From the IMG/VR virus record IMGVR_UViG_3300037424_001167, positions 3,867-67,866 of that record: a stretch of 64,000 nt of DNA, one strand, 5' to 3'. Positions within the stretch are counted from its first letter, which is position 1, and every line of letters starts with the position of its first letter. This DNA comes from a virus. Taxonomy: Duplodnaviria > Caudoviricetes. Position numbers and translations under genes: made by a program. The notes under the pieces were generated by a model. The model saw nothing but the letters and a program-made list of their open reading frames with translations, was not told the origin of the DNA and made no database searches. Positions 45,353 to 55,500 of the stretch are shown piece after piece.

Positions 45353-46009
45353 ATGGCAGGTCCAGTACATGGCTCACATTCCCAACTCCTGTTGACATCT
45401 ACTCCGAATGTCACATTTAGCAATGAGGCATTGACTAATTCAGGCGATAATGTCACATTCAATATGACAGGAGCGCCGACTAAGAGATATTGGGATATAA
45501 CATCTACATTAGTGTTTCAGCAGTCATCAAATGGCTCTTCATGGAATACAGTTACACCTACATCTGTACAACATGTAGGTGGCATTGTGGTGTTTCCCAG
45601 TGCAGCTGGTGGCACCAATCAGGCGCGTATTACATCAGGTGGCTATCTGCCTTATGCGGCGGCGGGTGAGATTAAAGATGTTGGATTTGATCTGTCACGA
45701 GACATAGCGGAGTCGACAACCCTCACCACGTCAAGCACGCCGACACGATGGAGGACCTATAAAGGCGGATTGCTAGGGGGTTCCTTCAAGATTGGTAAAT
45801 TCTTGGCGGATGGGACGTATGTTAATCTGGCAACTGTAAGCACTGCTGATACTCTTGTTGCCTCTATTGTGCTAGATGTAGCTACAACATTGCGTTTAGA
45901 GTGTTTCGGGTATCTGCAAAAGGATGGTGCAAAGGCAGCTATCGGTGATCTTGAAATGGAAGATCTAGACTTTATCATAGACGGTGCAGTTTATCTAACA
46001 AATGCGTAG
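45353..46009 (+). CDS. Second tail-tube-like protein with an insertion
   Basis: FDLSRD.AESTT...WRTYKGGL resembles the preceding gene. Confidence 0.6.
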   Translation: MAGPVHGSHSQLLLTSTPNVTFSNEALTNSGDNVTFNMTGAPTKRYWDITSTLVFQQSSNGSSWNTVTPTSVQHVGGIVVFPSAAGGTNQARITSGGYLPYAAAGEIKDVGFDLSRDIAESTTLTTSSTPTRWRTYKGGLLGGSFKIGKFLADGTYVNLATVSTADTLVASIVLDVATTLRLECFGYLQKDGAKAAIGDLEMEDLDFIIDGAVYLTNA

Positions 46010-46023
46010 AAAGAAGCTTATTT

Positions 46024-46527
46024 ATGGATATTCGACAAATTGCCTTTGAAACACCTTTAATGCAGGAGTCGCATTATATTGAGCGTTGGAAAACATGGAT
46101 CACTGTTCGTGAGCTTTCTGGTGAGGAAAGAGCGGAACTGCTTCAAAAGTCGACTGATATGATCAAAAAAGGCAATACTACAGAAGCAAGAGTAAACCTC
46201 AAAAAGTTATACCCTATGCTCGCAATACTGACCACGCGCTATCCAGATCCTGCATGTCCCCCACATGACAATCATCCACATTCCAATGAATTCCCAGGAC
46301 TCAAGAATTCCCTGGGGGAATACATTACCCATCCAGCTGAGAAGGCCGGTGAATTGGTTTTTAGCCCTACTGACATAGGCCCACTCAATAAAACGTCAGG
46401 CGCAATTCTAGAGCAAATCTCGCAGATTGCAGCTCCGATGTCAGGTCTCAGACCAGAGGATGTAGAAGAAAAAAAAGAAGGTTTGAACGGAACGATTGTG
46501 GAGAGCGACTCTTATACATTCGCATAG
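46024..46527 (+). CDS. Tail assembly chaperone (gpG-like)
   Basis: Directly before the tape measure gene; ITVRELSGEER; slippery A8 run near the end. Confidence 0.75.
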   Translation: MDIRQIAFETPLMQESHYIERWKTWITVRELSGEERAELLQKSTDMIKKGNTTEARVNLKKLYPMLAILTTRYPDPACPPHDNHPHSNEFPGLKNSLGEYITHPAEKAGELVFSPTDIGPLNKTSGAILEQISQIAAPMSGLRPEDVEEKKEGLNGTIVESDSYTFA

Positions 46528-46676
46528 CCCGTGAGCATCATATGCCCGTATGGATGATGCTAAAGCTTTTTCCTAGTACTGAGATTGCTGATTTAGCGAT
46601 CGTATACCGGATAGAAGATGAGAGAGCGAAAAGTCAAGATAAAGATGTTATAGAATTGGACTTAAGTGAGGATTAA
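46469..46676 (+). CDS. -1 frameshift extension of the tail assembly chaperone (gpGT-like)
   Basis: A AAA AAA at 46470-46476; the -1 frame (RRFERNDCGERLLYIRIAREH...) stays open to TAA at 46676, abutting the tape measure ATG. Confidence 0.75.
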
Positions 46677-49600
46677 ATGCTTTTAGCTCAGATGGTTGTT
46701 GAGTATGTTGCTGATATAACAAAGCTTGTATCAGGCGTGCAATCTGCCACGAAAAGCATGAATACTATGCAGAGCGCCGCTAGTGCATCTGCATCCTCAC
46801 TTACATCTAGTTTCAAAGGCGCTACGGCTTCTGTTCAGGCCTTGGCCAAGAAAGCAGAAGACGCGGGCCTTAATGTGGCAAAGCTTGCAAGCTTACAACT
46901 GAAGGCAGGTGAGAGTGCCTCTCGCTTATCCGTAGCACAGGCATCAGCGGCTCTTGCACTCAAAAAAGCCGATGATATGGCATTAGCTGGCACGGCAAGC
47001 GCACAGCAGATAGCTGTAGCACAGGCAAGAGCGGCTTTAGCTGCTGATCATGTCAAAGTAGCGGAGGATGCTGCTGCCAACGCCATGGCTAAAGTCGACG
47101 CGGAAAGCAAGAAGTTGTCCGACGCGCTGCAAGATGCAACATCTAAGTCCTCCCTCCTTGCAAGGGGGGCAGATGCGCTTAAGGGATCTCTTGAGTCTAT
47201 GGGTGAGCAAGCTAAAGCGATTACGGCAGTAGGTCTTACAATAGCAGCTGGTGGGGCTCTGGCACTTGGCGGCGCTCTGGCATCGACCGTTGGACCGGCT
47301 AAAGATTTTCAAGCAACCATGCTCAAGGTAAATGCTCTTGCCGGTCTATCAAAGAAAGAGGTAGACGCTGCAAGTGATGCTATTCTTCGCATGGCAGGCA
47401 GAGTGGGCAAGGGGCCTCAAGATTTAGCTGAAGGGCTCTACTACGTTGCATCCGCTGGCTATGATGCAAAAACTGCTATGGAGATCCTAGAAGTATCGGC
47501 AAAGGCCGCCTCAGTCGGCATGACCAGCACTCAGAATGTTGCAAATGCGTTGACAGCGGCGCTGGCAATCTTTCCTGGCATGGAAGTAGCAGAAGCTATT
47601 GACATGATGACTAAAACCGTTAGTACAGGCAAAACCGAATGGGAAGATTACGCCGTTGTTGTTGGCAAGATGGCAAAAAATGCATCAAACGCGGGTATTG
47701 AATTTGCAGAGGTAAATGCAGCATTTGCCGTCATGACAAACACCATGCCGTCCTCTGAGCAAGCTGCCGATGCTCTTAATGCACTTCTCCAGACATCATC
47801 TCGCTTTTCGTTGCTTACAGATAGGGCAGAAAAGCTAAATCTGACATTTGATATTAGCAAGTATAAGACGCTGGATTTAGCTGGTAGAGTCGCATATTTA
47901 AGCGAAGTGACTGATGGCAATACAGAGTCCATGACCACGATGCTAGGTCAAGAAAATGCAGTCATTGCAGCGACTACAATAGCAGCAGAAGGCGCTGCTG
48001 ATTATACCAAAGCTCTTGATGGCATAACTAATTCGTCAGGTGCAGCAAATACCGCATTTTCTACAGTGGCAGCAGGGGCACAAGCCTCATGGGACAAAGC
48101 GAAGGGATCACTTGAGGCACTTCAGATTAAGATAGGCAATGCGCTTATTCCTGCTGTTACAGCTTTTACTGACAAAGTAGCGCCATTAATTGGCAAAATG
48201 ATCGAATGGGCCGAAGAAAATCATATTGTTGAAAATGCTACAAATGCAATATCAGGCGCGTTAACAAGTGCCAGCAAAGAAATGTCTAAATTTGTAGATA
48301 TTGGAACAAAGGTTATAAACTTCTTTAAAGAGAATGAAGGCGCAATGGCCGCCTTTCAGATCACAGGTGCCATGCTAGCCGCTACATTTACAGCTATTGC
48401 GGTTGCGGCAGGCGCTGCGGCCATTGCAGAGGCAGCTGCTGCATGGCCTATTCTGCTTGTGGTGGCAGCTGTAGCAGGATTAACGGCGGCGTTTATTTAC
48501 TTCTACAATAACGTAAAACCATTCCGTGACTTTATGGATGCTCTTGGTGCTGTTTTCATGAAAGTGTGGGCAGTGGTTGTTGAGCAGTTTACACCCGCAT
48601 GGAACGAATTAAGCATTGCATTCAAAAAAATACAGCCTGCGCTTGAAATGGTTGGTAGAATATTAGGTGGTGTGCTGCTTGTTGCAATTGGTCTTGTATT
48701 TGCCGCTGTAGTTGCACTTGCACTGGGTCTGGCAGCTTCTGTAGGAGGTATTGTCCGCGTATTCACGGGTATGGTCGAGATTGTATCAGGCGTATTTGAT
48801 GTTTTAGGCGGCGTATTCCTATTCGTCATGGATTTGATCACAGGTCGGTTTGATAAGCTTGGAGGGGATTTAGCACGTATTGGTGGGGGTTTCATACAAA
48901 TATTTAAAGGATTGTGGGATGTGATCGCGGGTATATTCCAAACTGCCGTGGGAGTGGTATGGGGCATCATTGCAGGGTTTTGCCAAGGCATTATTGGTTA
49001 TTTCCAAGGTCTGTGGGATACGCTGGTAGGACACTCAATCATTCCTGACATGATCAATGCTATCGTCAACTGGTTTGCGCAGTTGCCCGCCCGTGTTGGT
49101 GCATGGGTCATTAATATGTATAATACGGTCATTGATTGGTTTGGCAAGATGCCAGGCAGGATAATGGAATTCTGGGAAACAATAAAAAGCAATATAGGTA
49201 CCGCGTGGAGCTGGATACAAACTACTATATCAAGTAAAGCTGGTGAGATATTCAATAATATTATGAGTCCATTCAATAGAGCACGTGATGCAATTGGCGG
49301 TGTTGTCAAGGGATTTGTGAATAATGCAGTAAGCGTTCTTAATAGCGGTATAGGCGGCGTAGAAAGCTTTGTTAATTTATTCGGAACTGCAATTAACTGG
49401 ATTGCCGACAAGCTTGGTGCTGGCAATCCAATTCCTCATTTTGGTATCGGGCGCATACCAGGCTATGCAGCTGGCACTGACTTTCACCCAGGCGGTCCTG
49501 CAATCGTAGGAGAGCGCGGCCCTGAGCTGCTCATGCTGCCTAAAGGATCAAGTGTACTTCCCAACAATCGGACCATGCAACTCCTTGCAGGGGGAAGCAT

Positions 49601-50420
49601 ACCAGGCTATGCAGAGGGCATTGGGGATATTTTCTCTTGGATTGGAGGGGGCGCAAAATCTATTCTCGACAATGTCATGAGTGCCATGAATGTCAATCTC
49701 TCCCTCCCTGGTAGCTTGAGCGGCATGGCGTCGGGAATGGTTGGAAAGGTCAAAGATTGGGCGCTAGGCTTTATTGATAAGATGTTGCCTAAGTTCGGAG
49801 GCGTAGGGCCTGACGGCAAGCCTGTCAATATCCCTGGCGATGTGGCCTCATGGATTGCTTCTGCCATGGCTCTTACGGGTACTCCCGCAAGTTGGGGACA
49901 GCCTCTAGGCGTGATCGCCATGCACGAGTCAGGAGGTAATCCAAATGCTCAGAATAACTGGGACAGCAATGCAGCAGCGGGCATACCTTCAAAAGGCCTG
50001 TTCCAGACAATCGAGCCAACATTTAGAGCACATATGCTACCAGGGCATACCAACATATTCAATCCAATTGACAATGCAGCAGCTGCAATAGGGTATATCA
50101 AAGGACGATATGGCGATGTGTTTCATGTGCCAGGGATAATGGCAATGGCACAAGGAAAGCCGTATATCGGATATGCAGGCGGTGGCATTATAAACGAGCC
50201 CATAGCAGGAGTAGGACTCAAAACAGGTACAAGGTATGGATTAGGTGAGAATGGACCAGAGGCTGTTATGCCTCTAAGCAAGCGCTCAAATACCACCCTG
50301 CAAGGGGGAAGTAACAGAGAAGACATTCACGTACACGTTTATTGGGATGGCAGGGATATAACGGATAAAGTGCAAACACGGGTATTGAAGGAGAGTAGAA
50401 GGGGGCCAATACGGGCATGA
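46677..50420 (+). CDS. Tape measure protein with a C-terminal lytic transglycosylase domain
   Basis: TP901-like core, aromatic 11-residue repeats, HESGGNPNAQNNWD...GLFQ...AAAIGYIKGRYG. Confidence 0.92.
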   Translation: MLLAQMVVEYVADITKLVSGVQSATKSMNTMQSAASASASSLTSSFKGATASVQALAKKAEDAGLNVAKLASLQLKAGESASRLSVAQASAALALKKADDMALAGTASAQQIAVAQARAALAADHVKVAEDAAANAMAKVDAESKKLSDALQDATSKSSLLARGADALKGSLESMGEQAKAITAVGLTIAAGGALALGGALASTVGPAKDFQATMLKVNALAGLSKKEVDAASDAILRMAGRVGKGPQDLAEGLYYVASAGYDAKTAMEILEVSAKAASVGMTSTQNVANALTAALAIFPGMEVAEAIDMMTKTVSTGKTEWEDYAVVVGKMAKNASNAGIEFAEVNAAFAVMTNTMPSSEQAADALNALLQTSSRFSLLTDRAEKLNLTFDISKYKTLDLAGRVAYLSEVTDGNTESMTTMLGQENAVIAATTIAAEGAADYTKALDGITNSSGAANTAFSTVAAGAQASWDKAKGSLEALQIKIGNALIPAVTAFTDKVAPLIGKMIEWAEENHIVENATNAISGALTSASKEMSKFVDIGTKVINFFKENEGAMAAFQITGAMLAATFTAIAVAAGAAAIAEAAAAWPILLVVAAVAGLTAAFIYFYNNVKPFRDFMDALGAVFMKVWAVVVEQFTPAWNELSIAFKKIQPALEMVGRILGGVLLVAIGLVFAAVVALALGLAASVGGIVRVFTGMVEIVSGVFDVLGGVFLFVMDLITGRFDKLGGDLARIGGGFIQIFKGLWDVIAGIFQTAVGVVWGIIAGFCQGIIGYFQGLWDTLVGHSIIPDMINAIVNWFAQLPARVGAWVINMYNTVIDWFGKMPGRIMEFWETIKSNIGTAWSWIQTTISSKAGEIFNNIMSPFNRARDAIGGVVKGFVNNAVSVLNSGIGGVESFVNLFGTAINWIADKLGAGNPIPHFGIGRIPGYAAGTDFHPGGPAIVGERGPELLMLPKGSSVLPNNRTMQLLAGGSIPGYAEGIGDIFSWIGGGAKSILDNVMSAMNVNLSLPGSLSGMASGMVGKVKDWALGFIDKMLPKFGGVGPDGKPVNIPGDVASWIASAMALTGTPASWGQPLGVIAMHESGGNPNAQNNWDSNAAAGIPSKGLFQTIEPTFRAHMLPGHTNIFNPIDNAAAAIGYIKGRYGDVFHVPGIMAMAQGKPYIGYAGGGIINEPIAGVGLKTGTRYGLGENGPEAVMPLSKRSNTTLQGGSNREDIHVHVYWDGRDITDKVQTRVLKESRRGPIRA

Positions 50421-53400
50421 CAGCATCTAATATTACTCTTACTATTGCAGGATCAACATATCCAATTAAAGAGAAATCTTGGAGCTTACCTGATAAGATT
50501 GAAGAGCGCTCTAAATGTTCATTCATTGTACAGGATGATAATGCTGCATATTCATTTAAAAAAGGCCAATTGGTCACAATAACGGATACTCTGCAAGGAT
50601 TGCTCTTCTCAGGGTCTGTTCATACGATAAAACGAACAAAACAGACAGGCACAGGCATGACAACACCTGTACTGCATGTTATTGAATGTGATGATAAATA
50701 TGGAATACTTGATGCAAAAACATCAAATAAGCAGTACACGAGTCAATATGCAGGCGCAATAGTTGTTGATCAAATAAAAGACTTAGGACCACTAGGTATT
50801 CTTGCCAATTATGCAATTGATGTAGATGATACACAAGCCGACTTTGCAGCTGGTACATTGTCAGGGACAGTAGCAGCTAACACTGTAGAGGATGGCAATC
50901 TTGAATTAGCGCTTGCAGGTGCCAAGACGGTCATCACGGAGAATACAACATCTATATTCAGTTCAGGTACACTAAACGGCGTTACATCCTCCTCCAATAC
51001 GCTAGCGCCTACCTCTACACCTGCTATCAAGGTTGTTGGTACGCAGTCGCTTGTTGCAGATGATAACGCCTATACATACATCAAAATATTCTCATCAGGC
51101 TCAATATCGATTATTGCCGGTAGATATCTTTCCTATGATATATGGATTGACGCTGCTTCACCTGAAATACGCGCAGGAGTAGACATTATATTTACAGACG
51201 GTGCTACGCTTCGCGATCTAGCACAGACGTATTTATATTATGACAATCATAATCTGAGGCCTCACCCAAGTCAGAACTTGTCAGGCTTTGCAGACGGCAA
51301 ATGGTACCATCGCAAGTTTTTGCTAGACAATTTCAATGGGAAGACCATTTCTCATGTAGATATTGCAATTGAAGGTGACAAAGGCGGTAAATACACGGTA
51401 TATGTAAAAAACATACTTGAAGTGAATTCAAGTGATGGCGTTATTAATACATTCTTTAATGGAACATTAAATGTAAATCCTCCTAAGCAGATGCAAAATA
51501 GCGGATACAGTCGCATATCGTGTACAGTCGTTAATACGTACGATTGTACAACTGCAAACCGTGTAAGTCCCTCCTATAATATAGATCAAGCAAAGTTAGC
51601 AAAGGACTCGTTCATCTCGTGGAAATCTACTGTACCTGACAATACAAATGTCAAGATAGAATATAGCTTAAATAGTGGCAATTCATATATTGAATGCACA
51701 AATAATACTTCACTGCCTAGTCTGCTTGCAGGTCTCTCCCTTGCCTCCAAGACGATCACATTTAGACAATCCTTCTTGCAGCTGGATGGATCTTCTCCAG
51801 AGGATAAACCGTACTTATCGAGCATGGTATGCACGTTAAATCCCTCCTATACAGCTACAAAGTCTGATGTTACTCTTTCTGCCACAACAAGTGGCGAATG
51901 GGGCGCAGGATCATTCAGCAACACAACTGCGCCTTCTACCATAGTGAAGCTCCTTGGCGGCATTCGGGACTGGGGGACTGCTGATATCTCAAATATGACG
52001 ATCTATGGAGGGGGCGCATCAGGCCCAAGTTCAACGACCGTCAATCAGCACTGCAACTATAAAAATTTCTGGATTGGATTGGGAGTAGGGCTTGAAGGAC
52101 GATCCAGGCTTGATTGGTTGGGACAATGGCAAAATGCCATTATTGAATGTGATATCTATTCAGACGTTTCATATGGTAAAGTCGGTGTTGTCTATCGTAC
52201 AACCGGCTGGTCTAACTATGACTCAAACTATGCGTATGCAGTTGAAGTAACAACAGGCAATGTTTCACTGCAAAGAGCCTCAAATAGTAGCCAATCATCA
52301 ACAGGCACACGTACTGAAGTTGCATCCGTTGTTGTCACTATTAATGCGAATTCATGGCATCAATTAAAAGTCATTTTTAATGGTTCTAATCACCAAGTGT
52401 GGGTAGACGACATAAAATATATAGATGTAACTGATAGTACATATTCTGCAACTGGGTATGTAGGACTGAGAACATCCAATTCAAGCGGTTCAGTCGGTTA
52501 TCAAGGCCAATTCAATAATTTTGGCCTGACTGTTACAGGGTTGTCCGGTACGTGGACATCCGCCTCTACATCGCTCTCCGCTGCCTCTACCTACCTCAAT
52601 AGCGTGGTGACATGGCAAGATGTTTCAATTGGTGATCAGGCCACGGTCATCCTGGTAGAGAGCACGATCAATGGTGGTAGCAGTTGGCAGACAGTCACGA
52701 ATGGTAGTGCAATTGCCAATTTGACGGCTGGTCAGTCACTATCAGGCGTCTCTGTTCAGTTCCGAATCACACTGACCACTGCAAGCGCGGCCTCCGCTCC
52801 ACAGGTTCAGTACTTCGTATGTCGCGTGCTGGGTGGCTTTAGTAGCTCGGGGACGCGCATCAGCAAGGCTCTCCCTCTGTCTGGTGTAGGCACGTGTGGG
52901 AGTACGATCGTATTCTGGAATGCCATCACGCCGACGAACACAACGGTTGTCGTGGCCACAAGCTTGGATGGCAGTAGTTATACCAATGTGTCGAACGGCG
53001 GCTCTATTTCAGGCCTCAATCAGCAACCAGCACCCACGATCGACAGTTTCAATCTCCTAACAAGCTCAAATTATGTTAATACGTTCCGCTCTGGTGGCTC
53101 TTTAGCCTCTTGGGTGTGGGACACGCTCAACAGTCGACTCACAGTAACGGGAGGCTCCCACGGCCTTCTCATTTACAACGGGATTGCCTCCTCAACAAAT
53201 GTGAGCGTGTACGCCGATCTAGATAGATCCGATAGTGGGGGACTCGTCTTGCATTATGCGAATAGTGGAAGCAGTCTCTACTATTGCGTGATTGGCGACA
53301 ATTTAGCGTCTTCTAATCCGAATACAGTATATATCTATAAGTATGACTTTGGTGGACCATATACATACGGAAACACAAGCATAAGCTTTACTCGTGGCAC

Positions 53401-54976
53401 ATATCACCGTTTCGTCTTCCAGTATGCAAATGATAGATTAATTGTCTCTATGGATGGTGTAGAATTGATAAACGTATTGGATAGCTCTACACCTATTACA
53501 TCAGGACAATCTGGAATATATAATAATACAGGCATATCGCAATTCTACAATCTCAGAATACAGCCATCTGGCGATAGCATGACCAACAAGAAGGTGTATA
53601 CGCGTATAACACTAACAAGTACAGATCCAACTGCAACGCCTCAAGTATCGGATTTCACCACTCTAGTTACTAATCCAAATATTGGTGCAGGTAGTCTTAT
53701 TCCAACTGCCGATTACCGCAATACATACAGAAGCGACAATATTGGTGATGTTGCTAAGCAATCTAATTATTATTGGAATATCAAGCCTGACGGTTCTTTT
53801 ATCTTTACAGATCGAAAAACAGTACCTGCACCATGGCTATTGACAGGTAATGACGCGCTTGTGTCTGGTTTAGAGGTAGAGGACTCTGCTGATCTCTATA
53901 GGAATAGGCAGATAATAACAGGCGTCTTAGATACCATTGCACTTAATGAAACAAAGCTTGGTGATGGCACTGCAACCTCTTGGACATTAAAATACAATGT
54001 CGTGTCTATGGACGCTATGACACTTAATGGTCAATCTGTCGCATTTGGCGTTAAAGGCATTGATACAGGGAAAGACTTCTATTATGAAGTTGGTAGTAAC
54101 TCAATTGCATCTGATACAGAGGGAACGCTTTTAATCGCAACTGATGAACTATATGTGTCTTATGTAGGGCAATTTGAAACAACTGCCACACGGGACAATA
54201 CAGGGCAATTCCCAGGGGCCATCTCGCAAAGAGACTACATCGTACAGTCAGGCTTGACAGTGCCCTCTCTTGCCCTTCTCAGTCAAGCCTCTGCTTCCCA
54301 GAATGCCAGTGGAAGCACGGACGATATGGACGTGAGTCTGTGCAGACGTATTGCGCTTGATATTAATGTTACAGCTCATTCAGGTACATCCCCTACTGTG
54401 CAGTTCTTTCTTGAGAGGAAAGGCGCAGATGGGCTTTATACGGTCCTGTATCAGTCATCGGTGATCTCAGCATCTACCGGTCAAGTAAACCGATCCATTG
54501 GTCCTGGTTGTGCAACAAAAGAGTCTTTAGGTCTCACTGTGCGCTTACGATGGGTCATCGGTGGGAGCGGATCACCTACTAAGACATTCTCTGCTTCGAT
54601 CATTGGGCATATTGATGCTGGTCTCGCTGGCATTGGGGTAGTTGAGGCTGTAGAGGATGTCAGTGGACAAAACATCAATGTTGCAGGTGCCAATGCATTA
54701 GCAGATAGTCGATTGCAGCAATATGGCGTGATTGGGCGCATTCTGCGCTTTGAGACGCAACGTACAGGCCTTGCAGCAGGGCAATATCTCAACTGCTTCT
54801 TGCCTGAGATTGGTTTAAATGACGCCGCACTACTCATAACAGGCGTAACGCGCACACAAAGCCTTGTTGTGGATAGTGGATCGCCTTCTCTTCTTTACAA
54901 TCATAGCATAGAAGCAACTGAAGCATCAGTGCTGCCAAGTTGGCAAAAGGCAATGTCAGATGCAGGAGTATCGTAA
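50417..54976 (+). CDS. Large tail tip/host-specificity protein
   Basis: 1519 aa after the tape measure; Ser/Thr-rich beta domains with lectin-like segments. Confidence 0.8.
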   Translation: MTASNITLTIAGSTYPIKEKSWSLPDKIEERSKCSFIVQDDNAAYSFKKGQLVTITDTLQGLLFSGSVHTIKRTKQTGTGMTTPVLHVIECDDKYGILDAKTSNKQYTSQYAGAIVVDQIKDLGPLGILANYAIDVDDTQADFAAGTLSGTVAANTVEDGNLELALAGAKTVITENTTSIFSSGTLNGVTSSSNTLAPTSTPAIKVVGTQSLVADDNAYTYIKIFSSGSISIIAGRYLSYDIWIDAASPEIRAGVDIIFTDGATLRDLAQTYLYYDNHNLRPHPSQNLSGFADGKWYHRKFLLDNFNGKTISHVDIAIEGDKGGKYTVYVKNILEVNSSDGVINTFFNGTLNVNPPKQMQNSGYSRISCTVVNTYDCTTANRVSPSYNIDQAKLAKDSFISWKSTVPDNTNVKIEYSLNSGNSYIECTNNTSLPSLLAGLSLASKTITFRQSFLQLDGSSPEDKPYLSSMVCTLNPSYTATKSDVTLSATTSGEWGAGSFSNTTAPSTIVKLLGGIRDWGTADISNMTIYGGGASGPSSTTVNQHCNYKNFWIGLGVGLEGRSRLDWLGQWQNAIIECDIYSDVSYGKVGVVYRTTGWSNYDSNYAYAVEVTTGNVSLQRASNSSQSSTGTRTEVASVVVTINANSWHQLKVIFNGSNHQVWVDDIKYIDVTDSTYSATGYVGLRTSNSSGSVGYQGQFNNFGLTVTGLSGTWTSASTSLSAASTYLNSVVTWQDVSIGDQATVILVESTINGGSSWQTVTNGSAIANLTAGQSLSGVSVQFRITLTTASAASAPQVQYFVCRVLGGFSSSGTRISKALPLSGVGTCGSTIVFWNAITPTNTTVVVATSLDGSSYTNVSNGGSISGLNQQPAPTIDSFNLLTSSNYVNTFRSGGSLASWVWDTLNSRLTVTGGSHGLLIYNGIASSTNVSVYADLDRSDSGGLVLHYANSGSSLYYCVIGDNLASSNPNTVYIYKYDFGGPYTYGNTSISFTRGTYHRFVFQYANDRLIVSMDGVELINVLDSSTPITSGQSGIYNNTGISQFYNLRIQPSGDSMTNKKVYTRITLTSTDPTATPQVSDFTTLVTNPNIGAGSLIPTADYRNTYRSDNIGDVAKQSNYYWNIKPDGSFIFTDRKTVPAPWLLTGNDALVSGLEVEDSADLYRNRQIITGVLDTIALNETKLGDGTATSWTLKYNVVSMDAMTLNGQSVAFGVKGIDTGKDFYYEVGSNSIASDTEGTLLIATDELYVSYVGQFETTATRDNTGQFPGAISQRDYIVQSGLTVPSLALLSQASASQNASGSTDDMDVSLCRRIALDINVTAHSGTSPTVQFFLERKGADGLYTVLYQSSVISASTGQVNRSIGPGCATKESLGLTVRLRWVIGGSGSPTKTFSASIIGHIDAGLAGIGVVEAVEDVSGQNINVAGANALADSRLQQYGVIGRILRFETQRTGLAAGQYLNCFLPEIGLNDAALLITGVTRTQSLVVDSGSPSLLYNHSIEATEASVLPSWQKAMSDAGVS

Positions 54977-55348
54977 ATGAGTGCAACAACGTTATTAAAT
55001 CTAGAGTCTTTGATGCGGACTGCAAACGGCAATTCAGGCGATATTTCTGTATCGAATGTCACAGAGATTGCAGTAGATGTGAACTGTACAGGCAAGCAAG
55101 GCACATCACCGACATTGCAGATAATAATATACAGAAAGGACGTACTAGGCAACTACTTTAGTTTATATGACTCAGGCGCGGTATCGGTATCAGGTGCAAC
55201 GGGCGGCGCTCCTGTGCAGATTGCACGCTCAATTGGGCCTGGATGTACGACAACTGAAGAGCTTGGCGCAACGATACGGCTCAACTGGGTAATCGGCGGT
55301 TCATCTACGCCTGGAGCGCAATTTTCAGCGTCGATTCAGGGCAAATGA
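54977..55348 (+). CDS. Small tail-associated protein, paralog of an internal domain of the preceding gene
   Basis: Shared GTSPT, RSIGPGC.T.E.LG.T.RL.WVIGGS and FSASI.G. Confidence 0.75.
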   Translation: MSATTLLNLESLMRTANGNSGDISVSNVTEIAVDVNCTGKQGTSPTLQIIIYRKDVLGNYFSLYDSGAVSVSGATGGAPVQIARSIGPGCTTTEELGATIRLNWVIGGSSTPGAQFSASIQGK

Positions 55349-55500
55349 TTGATTTCAGCATCAACTTGTCGACTGATTTCAATCCATTCTGCATCCGTTG
55401 GTTCCCTGCCATGCGCGTCACGGAACAGAGCAATACGTTTAGCCCCGAGTCGCATGACACGAACAGACCGAATAGGAGTGTAAAGGAGATTAAATAGTAC

